Source: an uncultured virus (IMG/VR IMGVR_UViG_3300010885_087985) (taxonomy: Duplodnaviria > Heunggongvirae > Uroviricota > Caudoviricetes). From it: a stretch of 64,000 bases of DNA. The stretch lies in the IMG/VR virus record IMGVR_UViG_3300010885_087985; one strand, 5' to 3'. The notes beneath the pieces are model-generated. The model made no database searches. It saw only the letters and a list, made by a program, of their open reading frames with translations, and was not told the origin of the DNA. This document shows positions 29,055-39,736 of the stretch, piece after piece (within the stretch, counting starts at the first letter, position 1; each line of letters opens with the position of its first letter). The translations under genes were made by a program, and so were the position numbers.

Positions 29055-30083
29055 ATGGACCCATATAAAATACTTGGACTTGATAAATCGTCTACGATTA
29101 ATGATATTAACAAAGCATATCGGGAGTGTGCAAAAAAGTACCATCCTGATGTGAACAGAGACAATCCGGAAGCAGCCAATACCTTTAAGGAAATACAAAA
29201 ATCCTATGAAATTCTAAGCGATACAAGAAAAAGACAGTCTTACGACAGTGGAGGCATGAATTTTAGAAGCAGACAAGTTCATAATTCAGGCTTTGAATTT
29301 TCAATGGATGAAATTTTTTCTAATAGTGTTTTTAGAGGAAAAAATTTACAAGAAAAGATAGAGATAGATTTGGTTGATGTTTTAAATGGATGCGAAAAAG
29401 AAATTACATTCAAAAAAAGCAACCGATGTAAAACATGTTCTGGCAATGGCTTTTCTGAGTTTTTAAAATGTGAGCAATGCAACGGCAACGGTTTTGTTCA
29501 GGTGTCTGAAGCACCTTTTGTACTTCGACAATCTTGTGGGCATTGTTCTGGTATAGGTAAAATTAATACTAAAAAGTGTGATACTTGTAAAGGAAAAGGA
29601 TCTGAATCGTTTGAAGAAAAAACAGTGAAATGTAAAATTCCGCCTGGAATAGAACATATGGCACAAATTGTTTTTTCTGGGGAAGGCGATGAATCCTTGA
29701 GAGGTGGTAGAAATGGAGACTTGTTAGTTTTTATTTCTATAAGAGAAAGCCCTATATTTAAAAGAGAGGGTCCGAATATTTTCATAGAGATACCGGTATC
29801 TTATAGTCAGTTAGCATTGGGCGGAGACATTATTACCCCCTGTGTTTCTAATGAAAAAGTTTTGATAAAAGTTCCAGCAGGATGTCAAGCACATACTAGA
29901 TTTAGAGTAAAAGGAAAAGGCATGCCATCAAGAGGAAGCATAGGAGATATGGTTGTTACTTTAAAGTTAGAAACACCAAGAGAAATAAACGAAGAATATA
30001 AGGCTACTTTGTTAAAGTTGGCAGAATTAGAAAAACAAAATGTTACTCCAAATATAAAAAATTGGAACGAAACAATCCATTGA
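29055..30083 (+). CDS. dnaJ: chaperone DnaJ
   Basis: J-domain HPD, four CxxCxGxG repeats, C-terminal domain. Confidence 0.95.
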   Translation: MDPYKILGLDKSSTINDINKAYRECAKKYHPDVNRDNPEAANTFKEIQKSYEILSDTRKRQSYDSGGMNFRSRQVHNSGFEFSMDEIFSNSVFRGKNLQEKIEIDLVDVLNGCEKEITFKKSNRCKTCSGNGFSEFLKCEQCNGNGFVQVSEAPFVLRQSCGHCSGIGKINTKKCDTCKGKGSESFEEKTVKCKIPPGIEHMAQIVFSGEGDESLRGGRNGDLLVFISIRESPIFKREGPNIFIEIPVSYSQLALGGDIITPCVSNEKVLIKVPAGCQAHTRFRVKGKGMPSRGSIGDMVVTLKLETPREINEEYKATLLKLAELEKQNVTPNIKNWNETIH

Positions 30084-30147
30084 CGCATGATTATATTTTT
30101 GGTACACTGGACCGAGATGAACGAAACACATTTAGAGAGGCTATTAG

Positions 30148-30345
30148 ATGAATAATAAATTAATTTATGTTTTTGTATGTATGACAATTTTACTTTTGTT
30201 TTTTGGTATTGGAACAAAGATTTTCATCGATAAGGTTTCAGACAGAGTAATATACAAGCTACAAAAGGAATATTCTCCTTCTCCATATGGGCCAGGATTA
30301 GACCCAGACAAAATAGACATAACAAAGATCAGATCTGCATATTGA
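30148..30345 (+). CDS. small membrane-anchored protein
   Basis: N-terminal TM; RBS GAGG; promoter upstream. Confidence 0.6.
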   Translation: MNNKLIYVFVCMTILLLFFGIGTKIFIDKVSDRVIYKLQKEYSPSPYGPGLDPDKIDITKIRSAY

Positions 30346-30379
30346 TGCAGATGCCAGTCTGTTTTTCTCAAAAATACAT

Positions 30380-30628
30380 CTAAATTATTTTACAAAAAGT
30401 AATTTTAGATGTATTTTGTGTTGTATCTTTTGGATTTCTTTGTGCTTTCCAAATAATAGTTTTTCCAACAGATGGCTTCCCAGATATTCTTTTAAATTCA
30501 TCAAAAGTAAAAAAAAGTTTTGATCCATCTGATATTTGCATATATATTGGATTGACTTTGTCCCTTAATAGTTCTATTTTGCCGCTTTTTTCTATTAATG
30601 GCAAATTTAGCCAATTTTTAAATTCCAT
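30380..30628 (-). CDS. hypothetical protein (MEFKNWL N-terminus)
   Basis: ATATATAA motif upstream. Confidence 0.6.
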   Translation of the reverse strand: MEFKNWLNLPLIEKSGKIELLRDKVNPIYMQISDGSKLFFTFDEFKRISGKPSVGKTIIWKAQRNPKDTTQNTSKITFCKII

Positions 30629-30682
30629 GATAATTTATATATTGTATTTTTTAAAATTTTGCATTATCACTATATTAATCAT

Positions 30683-31108
30683 ATGCAATACCAAATAGTT
30701 TCTGCTAATCCTTTGTTTCCTATGTCTATAGAATTCATTAATGAAGATGGAAAAACTATTGTTATTGATGTGAATATTGATTATATAAAAGAACGTGTTT
30801 TTTTTAAAGAAATAGATAAGAATATAGATATTGCTTCTTTAGAACAAGATATATTGAGTGCTTTGCGTCCAGATATTATAGAGCCTCCAAAACTTCCAGA
30901 AGAGCTTTTTGAATATGTATCTAAGGCTAGATCTGGTTATTATGAAAGTTCTGTTAAAACAGAAGCACCAGATGCACCGTCAGAACAAGATGTAGAACAA
31001 GACGCAGAACAAGACGCAGAACAAGATGTAGAACAAGATGTAGAACAAGACGCAGAACAAGACGCAGAACAAGACGCAGAACAAGACGCAGAACAAGATG
31101 TAAATTAA
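30683..31108 (+). CDS. hypothetical protein with (EQDA/V)10 tail
   Basis: 12-bp repeat at 30983-31102. Confidence 0.65.
   Translation: MQYQIVSANPLFPMSIEFINEDGKTIVIDVNIDYIKERVFFKEIDKNIDIASLEQDILSALRPDIIEPPKLPEELFEYVSKARSGYYESSVKTEAPDAPSEQDVEQDAEQDAEQDVEQDVEQDAEQDAEQDAEQDAEQDVN
30983..31102 (+). repeat. 12-bp tandem repeat GAACAAGAYGYA x10
   Basis: Directly visible. Confidence 0.9.
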
Positions 31109-31135
31109 ACGATATTAAATCGTGGAAAGAATTAA

Positions 31136-31927
31136 ATGAGTGTAGGGAATCCAGAAGCATTTAAAATACAGCTTACGACAGGACGTCCAGAAGTTGATAA
31201 TAGAAAGCCATGTGATCTAAGCAATTTAACTCTTAAAAAGCTTTGTGAATGGATTGACAGACAAAATGTTAGTTTGATTGTAAAAGAAGAACTTAAAAAG
31301 AGTGCTTCCAGATTCCCTCATCAAGCCTTAAAAGCATGGAGAAAAGGTTATTCAAAACATTTAGCTTTAGTGCAGCGCAAACTTAGGAATAAAAACGTTA
31401 AAAAATCTTTTGATGATACAGACATAGAATTTGACGATAAAGACATAGAGGTATCTCCGGATGTTGTTTCTGTATCTCCGGACGTTGTTTCTGTATCTCC
31501 GGACGTTGCCAAACCCAGAGGCAAAGGAGTTTTTAGAAATGACTTTGATAAAATAGCTTGTGCCCTTGATCGTCTTGATCATGTGCCAGATTCTGAATGT
31601 AAACCAACGATTGCTGCTCAGGAAGTTCTTCAGAAAGCTCAGGAAGTCGCTCAGGACGCTCAAGAAGACGCTGACGAAGCTCAGGACTTTTTTCGGGAAG
31701 ACGCTCAGGAAGACGCTCAGGAAGACGCTCAGGAAGACGCTCAGGAAGACGCTCAGGAAGACGCTCAGGACGATTTGTATATCGAGACGTTGTCTCACAT
31801 TAGTTCCGGTGGTCAGGACGCTCAGGACGCTCAGGACTCTCAGGACGACTCTCAGGATGACTCTCAGGATGACGCTCAGGAAGACGCTCAGGAAGACGCT
31901 CAGGAAGACTCTAAGAAGGGAATTTAA
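31136..31927 (+). CDS. hypothetical protein with VSPDVVS and QEDA repeats
   Basis: 21-bp and 12-bp coding repeats. Confidence 0.7.
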   Translation: MSVGNPEAFKIQLTTGRPEVDNRKPCDLSNLTLKKLCEWIDRQNVSLIVKEELKKSASRFPHQALKAWRKGYSKHLALVQRKLRNKNVKKSFDDTDIEFDDKDIEVSPDVVSVSPDVVSVSPDVAKPRGKGVFRNDFDKIACALDRLDHVPDSECKPTIAAQEVLQKAQEVAQDAQEDADEAQDFFREDAQEDAQEDAQEDAQEDAQEDAQDDLYIETLSHISSGGQDAQDAQDSQDDSQDDSQDDAQEDAQEDAQEDSKKGI

Positions 31928-31931
31928 TATT

Positions 31932-32141
31932 TTGAAAGTTTTTGCTATTATTTCTGTGGCCAGGCAAGTAGATGGCGAATATTGTGTTGTAAAGGTAGAA
32001 AAAGCATTTAAGACTAGGGAATCCGCAGAGCAATTTTCTAAAGAACTATCTACAAGGTATGCTGAATCTATTGTTACTCCAAATGGAACTATTGCGTGTG
32101 TTTGCGAAAGAGGAGTTTTTGAAATTGACTTGACCGATTAA
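31932..32141 (+). CDS. small hypothetical protein (TTG start)
   Basis: Globular-looking 3' part of the 31560 ORF; AAGGG upstream. Confidence 0.55.
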   Translation: MKVFAIISVARQVDGEYCVVKVEKAFKTRESAEQFSKELSTRYAESIVTPNGTIACVCERGVFEIDLTD

Positions 32142-32198
32142 TCTATTTTTGGTAGGTTTAGAATCGGTCGAAATAATAAATAAAGAAAGGTATGAAAA

Positions 32199-32936
32199 AT
32201 GGCAACATCTATTACTCCTCATAATCCCCTTGAAGGAGATAAGCCGGAACTTAGCATAAAGTTACATGAGAACACCGACGAACATGTATCTATAATTATC
32301 GTACACAAAGACAGACCAGAATATCTTAATATATGTTTGCAATCTATTGCTGTTACTTCATTTAATAATAATTATGAAATTATAGTAGTCGACAACGCAA
32401 GCGGTAAAGAGTCACAGGACTTTTTAAAGGATATTGAAGGTGAAGTAAAAGTTGTAAGAAATGAAAAGAATTTATATTGGTCTGCTGCTTGTAACAAAGG
32501 AGTTCAAGCTGCTGATGGTAACTCAAAATATTTTATTTTTCTACATTGTGATGTTGTTGTTCTAAATCCAGCATGGATGGATCTTCTTATCAATGTTTCT
32601 GAAGCACAACAGTCAGGACTTATTGGCATTGATACACAGAGCTATATGATAGGAACTCAAAAGATAGATTTCTTACAAGATTTTATTGTTGCAATGACAA
32701 GGGAAGCATGGAAGGATATTGGGCCTTGGCCTGAAGAGCTTCCAATGATAGGAAGTGCATTCATACTAACTATGAGAGCACAAAGCAGAGGACATAAGCC
32801 GCAGATAATGAAAAATGCAATCGTACATCACTACAGAATATTTAGTATGGATATTAGTGAGTATGAAAGAATGACAGAACAAGCTATGGCAATTTTGCCG
32901 AAACTAATGTCAGATGTTCAATCAAGACCATTGTAG
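32199..32936 (+). CDS. glycosyltransferase family 2
   Basis: SIIIV..CLQSI..YEIIVVDNAS, ACNKG, FLHCD. Confidence 0.85.
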   Translation: MATSITPHNPLEGDKPELSIKLHENTDEHVSIIIVHKDRPEYLNICLQSIAVTSFNNNYEIIVVDNASGKESQDFLKDIEGEVKVVRNEKNLYWSAACNKGVQAADGNSKYFIFLHCDVVVLNPAWMDLLINVSEAQQSGLIGIDTQSYMIGTQKIDFLQDFIVAMTREAWKDIGPWPEELPMIGSAFILTMRAQSRGHKPQIMKNAIVHHYRIFSMDISEYERMTEQAMAILPKLMSDVQSRPL

Positions 32937-32948
32937 AAATTTTTAAAA

Positions 32949-33602
32949 ATGCAACTTACCACAAAAGAAAATAATTATGCAATTGTAGATGATGTATTTG
33001 ATAAAAATACATTTGATCAGTTTGTTTCTTACTTTGGTTCAATGGATTTTGCTTTTAGGTCTATGACGGGGTGGCAAAAAATTTGGCGTTTAACAGATGG
33101 TCAAATTCTTGCTGGTCCTCCGTATTACCATTCTAGAGCACCTTTTGGATGTCCAATGGATGGGCTTCACGCTGTTATATTGGCGTTAGCAGAGCAGCAT
33201 CTTCAAGATGTGGTTGGTAAAAAAGGAGAAGATTGGGATGACTTTTTTCTTACTCCGTACATATATCCAGTAGGAACAAAAATCTCTTGGCACAATGACA
33301 CAGGATACGTAGCGGCTGCAATTTTTTATCCTCATGAAAAATGGAGTTCAAATTGGGGAGGAGAGTTGCTATTAGCAGATGTAAATAACAATGATGTGAA
33401 ATGTACGGAAAACAACGATCCTATCAATAGGCAGCATTCTGGTGCCGTATTAGATAACCTGGCAATGGGAAGATATATTTCTCCTAAACCAAATAGAATG
33501 GTTTTTACTAAGACTGGTGTGTGGCACTCCATTAATAGAGTCGATGTAAATGCTGGAGAAAAAGCCAGATGTTCTGTGGTCGCTTTTTTTACAAAAAGCT
33601 AA
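32949..33602 (+). CDS. 2OG-Fe(II) oxygenase (prolyl-hydroxylase-like)
   Basis: WHND, WGGEL, PKPNR.V, H..R.S. Confidence 0.85.
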   Translation: MQLTTKENNYAIVDDVFDKNTFDQFVSYFGSMDFAFRSMTGWQKIWRLTDGQILAGPPYYHSRAPFGCPMDGLHAVILALAEQHLQDVVGKKGEDWDDFFLTPYIYPVGTKISWHNDTGYVAAAIFYPHEKWSSNWGGELLLADVNNNDVKCTENNDPINRQHSGAVLDNLAMGRYISPKPNRMVFTKTGVWHSINRVDVNAGEKARCSVVAFFTKS

Positions 33603-33637
33603 CTATAAGTTGTATTTGAGTAAAAAATTGTCCATCT

Positions 33638-34099
33638 TTAATTCTTTATGAAGACCATGTAACTGGCTCTCTTCCCGCAGTATTTCGTTTCAAAAAAGGA
33701 TCGGAACCCGAACCGCTCCCAGAACCCCTCCGAACCCTGCACTGCTGTAAGGCACATAACGTTCCATCCTGTTTCTATAACTTTAGAGACAAGCATTCGT
33801 GCTATCCCCATGCCCCTGAAGTCCTCTGCCACACAAACGTCGTGTATGTACAAGCAATTTGGATTTTCAACTAGAACAAAAAATGAATCAATTGGAAACG
33901 ACTTTCCCACAAGATATGGAAATGATATTGCGTAACCAACGACTCCATCTAAATCCGCGACAAAGCATCCCGCCGGGCATCCATCAATCTTGCTTAAGAA
34001 ACTTTCATCGCCTTCGTAATATTGATTACAATAACTTTTTGTTCCAATTTCGGTAATATCAGAATAATCTGATTTTATGGCAGGTCTTATTTTTTTCAT
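33638..34099 (-). CDS. GNAT acetyltransferase
   Basis: YIHDVCV...RGMGIA, FWERFGF. Confidence 0.85.
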   Translation of the reverse strand: MKKIRPAIKSDYSDITEIGTKSYCNQYYEGDESFLSKIDGCPAGCFVADLDGVVGYAISFPYLVGKSFPIDSFFVLVENPNCLYIHDVCVAEDFRGMGIARMLVSKVIETGWNVMCLTAVQGSEGFWERFGFRSFFETKYCGKRASYMVFIKN

Positions 34100-34207
34100 A
34101 ATTATTTGTATCTTTGTGGTGATAACGGAAAGCTGTATTTTGATTTACGAAATATTTGAAATTTATAGCTTATCTAATTATTGGTATTTCTTTTATCCAA
34201 AAAGGAC

Positions 34208-34678
34208 TTACTGAGGCAATTTGTTTTTGATAAATTCTTGCCATTCTTTGTTGGTATATGTTTGTGGCGCATGTTTGGCATAATTGGCTGCATACGCCAT
34301 GCAGAATATTTCTTCATCATTCTGCTTTAACGCACTCTTGTTTTTTGGGTTGTTTTTTATTTGTTCTGATATCGTTTTTTCAACGAGACTCGACCAGTCT
34401 TTCTTTAATTGAGTAGTCATCAATTTCTCGAAAACAAGATGTGCTATTTCATGCAAAGTGGTAAATTCTCGGCTATAGTTCCACGGAGCGGCTACAACAA
34501 TTTTGTTTTTATGTATATACCCTACATGCTGCTTATCGTCATTAAGAGTGTTGCCGCCAGTATAAATGAACTTGTATTTATTTAATAGTTTTTTATGGCT
34601 TTTTGGAAGGCTATCAATAAGTTGATTAACATTTCTTTCTTCTTCGGTTTTCTCTAGAAATATTTTAAAGTTTTCCAT
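34208..34678 (-). CDS. HExxH metallopeptidase-like protein
   Basis: TTLHEIAH...EEIFC. Confidence 0.6.
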   Translation of the reverse strand: MENFKIFLEKTEEERNVNQLIDSLPKSHKKLLNKYKFIYTGGNTLNDDKQHVGYIHKNKIVVAAPWNYSREFTTLHEIAHLVFEKLMTTQLKKDWSSLVEKTISEQIKNNPKNKSALKQNDEEIFCMAYAANYAKHAPQTYTNKEWQEFIKNKLPQ

Positions 34679-34730
34679 ATATTATATATTATCTGTTAGT
34701 CTATATATTCTAGATTTTTAGAAAGGAAAA

Positions 34731-35471
34731 ATGAGAAAAAAAAGGCAAAGCACAAGACAAAGCACAAGAAGAACAGAAAAAAGAACTAATCAAAATGAAA
34801 AAAAAGTAGAAAAATCAAACTATAGTAAACAATCTTTTCATTTTGAATTTTTTAATGAAGAACAAAAAAGTGCTTGGGGACTTTTTGAAAAACATGATGT
34901 TTTATTTTTATTGGGACCAGCCGGTGTAGGGAAAACCCAATTGTCTTGTGCCTTTGCAATGAGCGAAGTACTTGCCGGAAGAAAAGAAAAAATTATTCTT
35001 ACAAGACCAGTAGTAGAGGCTGGAGAAAGTTTGGGCTACCTTCCTGGAACCTTTGAAGAAAAAGTGGCACCATATATGATGCCAATGTATGATTGTATCA
35101 ATAGATGTATGGGTAAAGAAAGCCCACAAAGAGAGGTTATAAATAAATCTATAGAAATAGCACCAATAGCTTATTTGCGAGGTAGAACATGGCACAACTC
35201 GGTTTGTATATTTGATGAAGCACAAAATGCAACTTTCTCTCAAATTAAATTGTTTATTACTAGATTTGGAAAGAATAGCAAAGTAATAATAACCGGTGAT
35301 CCAAATCAAAGCGATATACCGAGAAGGGATCAGGGCTTAATGTCTGTTGTGGAGAAGCTAAACGGTCTAAATGGAATAGGTATTATTCATTTTAAACCAA
35401 GCTCTATAGTAAGGCACCCTTTAATTTCATCTATTTTAGAAAGATTAGAAGATAATTGCGAGTCGCAGTAA
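34731..35471 (+). CDS. phoH: PhoH family ATPase
   Basis: GPAGVGKT, LGYLPG, YLRGRT, DEAQN, GDPNQSD, IVRH. Confidence 0.93.
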   Translation: MRKKRQSTRQSTRRTEKRTNQNEKKVEKSNYSKQSFHFEFFNEEQKSAWGLFEKHDVLFLLGPAGVGKTQLSCAFAMSEVLAGRKEKIILTRPVVEAGESLGYLPGTFEEKVAPYMMPMYDCINRCMGKESPQREVINKSIEIAPIAYLRGRTWHNSVCIFDEAQNATFSQIKLFITRFGKNSKVIITGDPNQSDIPRRDQGLMSVVEKLNGLNGIGIIHFKPSSIVRHPLISSILERLEDNCESQ

Positions 35472-35542
35472 TATGATTCGTGAGTTCTAAATTGTACTTT
35501 TTATCTATATATTATAGAAAATAATTAAGTACAAGGCAATAG

Positions 35543-38149
35543 ATGCAAATATCAACTGATGAAAGCTATAACGAAGAATCATTTGGAACAATGCGTTCTC
35601 TGGAGATAGCGTTTATAGAACAAGATATATCTTGGTTGGTAGAGAGAAACTTTGTAAAAGATATAGACATTTCTTGGCACGTAGGTACTGGATTCTTGGT
35701 TTGGTACAAAATTAAAGGCGTAATAAGCGCAGGACAAACCTGGCAAAATGCAAGACCTATTGATTCAAACTCAAGTACATTTGGAAATGGAAGTTTGTGG
35801 AACTGCTTGAATTGCAATCAATGTTTTATGCAAATGATATTAGCAACATCTCCACAAGACGTTTGCCTTCAGATATCTTCGACAGAGACTATTAGAGAGG
35901 CAGTAGCAAAAGGCTCAAATTGGAAAATAATAAGTATAGAAACATCTGGACCATATTATACCGGTCCTCAGGCAAACCAAGATATTGAATGTAATCCAGT
36001 AGACTGGAAAGAAGTTCCAGAGTGTATTGAATTTTATATACATTCTAATGTTCTTATTAGAACAAAAATGGGAGTTTATGTTTCTAGCGTTTTTAACATA
36101 GTGGGTTCTGGGTGTGCTTCTACTTGTGACTGTGAAAGTTCTTTTGGCTTGATAACGGCACACGCAACTGTATATGGCGGTGGAAGTGGACTAGTGGGTT
36201 ATGCAGTATTTTCCACTGAGGAACCTTTTCTTGCTAGTTTGTATATATCGAATGGAGGGACAGGATACACAAATGATCAATCTTTATCTTTTCTAATTTC
36301 AGAAGAACGAATTATTTTTAGTGATGTGCCTGGAACAACTAATCTCGTACCATCGGCAGATGGATCAGCTCACTCATTGGGAGGCAGTAGATCTCCTTGT
36401 GTGGCTTTTTCAACACTAGAATACACCATATCAGGCTCAATTGTTGCCTCTGGAGGCATAGTGAGTTCTATTGGTTTAGAGTTCGAGGAATCTTTATCTT
36501 TATATGAAAGAGAAAAAACTTTTCAATTTGTTTCTAGTGGTTATAGTTGTCATCACCCAGACAGAAGCCATCAAGATGATAATATTAGTTCTAGACTAAT
36601 TCTAAATGAAACTGCCACCGAATTTGAAGTCTCAGATGGAGTTTATAAATACAATACTGGTCATTTCCCAATTATAGCTGGAACCATTGTAGGTACAATT
36701 TTTATAAGAAGCCAAGAGTACGGCGATACACCATTTCAGACTTTTGTTGTGTCTAACTCCGGAATTTTTTCTTTCACAGATCTTATAGAATTTCCATTTA
36801 CAAACGCTGTTTCTTCTGGGTCAACTGTTGAGAATTCAACAGGCTACATTGAGATTGCTTGGAACAATGGGAGCTATAACGAAGAATTTGGTGAGGTGAT
36901 AACAATATTAAATTATGAGCAAAGTGTGCGAAAAGATACTTTAGACCCAAGCATTGCTCCAATGGGTTTTTGGTATCATAACTTTTATGAACCCGCATTC
37001 CAGCAGTGGGAGAATGGTGTGTATTGGCCGTTCCCTTCCAAAGCACAAGCGGATTCATATTTTGGTGTTTATCACACACAAATTGATGAAATTAGCCCAA
37101 GATGTCAAAGATTGTGTTACCATGAACCGGCTCTTGTAGCCAGTGGTGCTTCTGACTACTCTTTATGTGCAGGTTGCATACCTAAAGATCCTTATATTGT
37201 TAAAATGAAAGCAAGGGCGTGGATTTCATATGCTAACATTTCTCGTCTTAATGATTATGATAGAAACTCAGGGCAAACAGATCCACCACCTACTGTTGTA
37301 ATTCTTTCTGGCAATACTACAAAAGGAAGCAAGATTGCTACCATTTCATCAACACTTAATCTTAAGGTTGGCATGCGTATCACAACAAGTTCGATGGGTC
37401 CTTTTGGATCAATTATTCAAGAATCTGTTTTGCCTACAGAAACATATATTGATAGAATAGATAGCCTAACAAGTTTTGTAATGACAAAAGAAGCATTGCT
37501 CACGGCAACTGTTGTTTTTACTTTTACATCGGTTGTTACAGTTTTGCAGCCAGCTTCTAGATCTATTACTGCATGCGGAATTTGCACGGCTATTCCGGCT
37601 GTACTCTATGTGTCGCACAATTTAAATGTTGGTGCGTTTTATAACTTTTCGTTAAATAACAAAATTATTTTACCAAATTATTTTGCAATGCATTATAGCA
37701 AAGTAACAGAATGTTGGACTTCAAATTATAGCGTAGTAGGATCTGGTTCAGCTTCAGAAGAAAGGTGGAGTTTTACGTTTAAATGGGCTTGCACTTCTTC
37801 TGGTAATTCTTCTGACAATTTTTTGTGGAAGTTTTCTATTTTAATGAATCGCTACTTTTTGGACACAGGCAAGGACGAAGACAGCATAGTACATGCATTT
37901 TTCCCAGCAGAAAATTTATGTAAAAAAATAAGTAATTTTTATAAAGAATTTTCTTTCGCCTTGAACACAAAAACAAAAAATGTTATAAATGACATGGTAG
38001 AGGTAAATGAAGAGGTTGTATTGTCTGATAATATCGGAATGTTTACTTTGTCTGATTGGAAAAAAAATCCATTAATAAGAATTAGAATTTCTAAGGACAA
38101 TTCTTCTTTTTCAAACACGAAACAAGATTTAAGGTCTTTGAAGAGCTAA
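35543..38149 (+). CDS. large S/T/G-rich probable virion structural protein
   Basis: 868 aa, beta-rich composition, ISNGGTGYT motif; CTATATATT upstream. Confidence 0.55.
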   Translation: MQISTDESYNEESFGTMRSLEIAFIEQDISWLVERNFVKDIDISWHVGTGFLVWYKIKGVISAGQTWQNARPIDSNSSTFGNGSLWNCLNCNQCFMQMILATSPQDVCLQISSTETIREAVAKGSNWKIISIETSGPYYTGPQANQDIECNPVDWKEVPECIEFYIHSNVLIRTKMGVYVSSVFNIVGSGCASTCDCESSFGLITAHATVYGGGSGLVGYAVFSTEEPFLASLYISNGGTGYTNDQSLSFLISEERIIFSDVPGTTNLVPSADGSAHSLGGSRSPCVAFSTLEYTISGSIVASGGIVSSIGLEFEESLSLYEREKTFQFVSSGYSCHHPDRSHQDDNISSRLILNETATEFEVSDGVYKYNTGHFPIIAGTIVGTIFIRSQEYGDTPFQTFVVSNSGIFSFTDLIEFPFTNAVSSGSTVENSTGYIEIAWNNGSYNEEFGEVITILNYEQSVRKDTLDPSIAPMGFWYHNFYEPAFQQWENGVYWPFPSKAQADSYFGVYHTQIDEISPRCQRLCYHEPALVASGASDYSLCAGCIPKDPYIVKMKARAWISYANISRLNDYDRNSGQTDPPPTVVILSGNTTKGSKIATISSTLNLKVGMRITTSSMGPFGSIIQESVLPTETYIDRIDSLTSFVMTKEALLTATVVFTFTSVVTVLQPASRSITACGICTAIPAVLYVSHNLNVGAFYNFSLNNKIILPNYFAMHYSKVTECWTSNYSVVGSGSASEERWSFTFKWACTSSGNSSDNFLWKFSILMNRYFLDTGKDEDSIVHAFFPAENLCKKISNFYKEFSFALNTKTKNVINDMVEVNEEVVLSDNIGMFTLSDWKKNPLIRIRISKDNSSFSNTKQDLRSLKS

Positions 38150-38231
38150 AATTTTGACAAATAGTTTCATATATGCTAGGATTATTACCAATAACTATTA
38201 TGATGGAAATTTAACAATTACAGGCATTTTA

Positions 38232-38483
38232 ATGAATATTCTTCTATATTTTATTTTAGGCAGTATTTTTGTTGTGTCTTTTTTGAACATTATTTTTACT
38301 TTTTTTATAGGTGTTTTTATTGTAAGATCCTATAAGAAAAACTATGATTATGAAGTAAAAAATAATAAGAATATTAGTTTGAATGAAAAAAAAGAAATAC
38401 CTTGGGATAAAAAATACGAAGAAGAATTAAAAGAAACGTCTAGAAGAATTCATGAAGAATCCAAAGGTCTAAAAGACTTGTGA
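38232..38483 (+). CDS. small membrane protein
   Basis: Long hydrophobic N-terminus. Confidence 0.55.
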   Translation: MNILLYFILGSIFVVSFLNIIFTFFIGVFIVRSYKKNYDYEVKNNKNISLNEKKEIPWDKKYEEELKETSRRIHEESKGLKDL

Positions 38484-38494
38484 GCCAATGATCG

Positions 38495-38523
38495 TTGACA
38501 ATAGTTGTTATTACTGTTATAAT
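38495..38523 (+). promoter_or_regulatory. consensus sigma70 promoter
   Basis: TTGACA-17-TATAAT. Confidence 0.8.
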
Positions 38524-38568
38524 AATAACTTGTAAAAATTCGGAAAACCCTATTTAAGGCACTAAACT

Positions 38569-39477
38569 ATGCTGAAAACTATAATCATTATATTTGGAAT
38601 GTTCATTTATTTAATTGCTTGCAACAATTTAACAGGAAGCGAAATTACTTATCCTGTTGACTTTAAACAAGATAATTTGAAAGACGACCCAGAATTAAAG
38701 TCTTTAGAATGGAATCGTTACGCTAACAACAACTTTGTTATCTTAAGCATAGACAACAAACAAGGAATTCTTCTTTCAGATCGAATAGAATTATATAATT
38801 ATTGGTGTACTTCTAGATGGGGCTTTCCAAAAACAAAATTTTCAAAAGAATGCCGTGTATTCTGTGTTCCAAATCATAGTTTACTAAAAAAACTTTTTGG
38901 CTTAGATAGTTCAAAAATAGAGGTTAGGAAAAAAGATGGAGAATTAGAGATATCAGTAATTTGGATGGTATTAAACAACGATGGGTTCAGCGAAATTACG
39001 GGCTTGTTAACAATGGCAAGTTTTGCAGAGTTTGATGAGCAAAATGGATTTGCTACTCCTTGGTGGTTTGTAAATTCTGCTGGCATTATGAACTCATCTA
39101 TGGGCGATATAGAAAAAATCATGAGAGAAGCTTCTTTAAACAAAGTATTCTTTAGTTGTGAAGAAGTTTTTAAAACATCGCATGATGATTATCAAGCTTT
39201 TAGTGCAGATAAAAAGAAAGAGTTTGATGAGTGTTCTTTAGTGCTTTGTCTTTTTCTTAGAAAAGAATTTGGCGAAGTTAAGCTGCATGGATTCTTGAAG
39301 ATTGTAGAAAAAAATTCGGCAGAATCAGCATTACAGGCGGTATATGGATTTAAAAATTTAAAAGAGTTTGAAGATAAGCACACTTTATATAGAGCCGATT
39401 TATTCCGAGAAATAAATATGAATAAGGTGCCTGATATATATTATGAAATAGTTTCACCAAAATGGAGGACAAAATGA
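38569..39477 (+). CDS. putative lipoprotein/exported protein
   Basis: Signal-like N-terminus ending LIAC. Confidence 0.6.
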   Translation: MLKTIIIIFGMFIYLIACNNLTGSEITYPVDFKQDNLKDDPELKSLEWNRYANNNFVILSIDNKQGILLSDRIELYNYWCTSRWGFPKTKFSKECRVFCVPNHSLLKKLFGLDSSKIEVRKKDGELEISVIWMVLNNDGFSEITGLLTMASFAEFDEQNGFATPWWFVNSAGIMNSSMGDIEKIMREASLNKVFFSCEEVFKTSHDDYQAFSADKKKEFDECSLVLCLFLRKEFGEVKLHGFLKIVEKNSAESALQAVYGFKNLKEFEDKHTLYRADLFREINMNKVPDIYYEIVSPKWRTK

Positions 39478-39728
39478 TTGCGTTATTGTGTTGGGTGGTT
39501 TTTGGATTGTTAGTTGGGGCGATAGCAAAATTTACACATCCAGGCAATGAGCCTGTAGGTTTTTTGCCAACGCTCTTAATAGGCGTTGCAGGTTCTTTTA
39601 TAGGAGGACTTGTTAATTATATGATATCAGGCGGATCACAATTTAAACCAGCAGGACTTATTATGTCTGTATTGGGTGGAGTTTTGTTCTGTTATATTTG
39701 GAGAAGATCCTGCTTACAAAAACTTTAA
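39474..39728 (+). CDS. GlsB/YeaQ/YmgE (transglycosylase-associated) membrane protein
   Basis: W.VFGLLVGAIAK..HPG...G...T.LIGVAGSFIGG. Confidence 0.85.
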   Translation: MIALLCWVVFGLLVGAIAKFTHPGNEPVGFLPTLLIGVAGSFIGGLVNYMISGGSQFKPAGLIMSVLGGVLFCYIWRRSCLQKL

Positions 39729-39736
39729 GAGCATCG

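Noticed and set aside
22315..31910. Possible CRISPR arrays
   Set aside because: The repeats are contiguous, in frame and lack unique spacers; no cas genes are present.
30954..31930. Alternative-frame ORFs (LVLR, VFLS, TLRK repeats)
   Set aside because: Frame shadows of 12-bp repeats; only 31932-32141 looks like a real gene.
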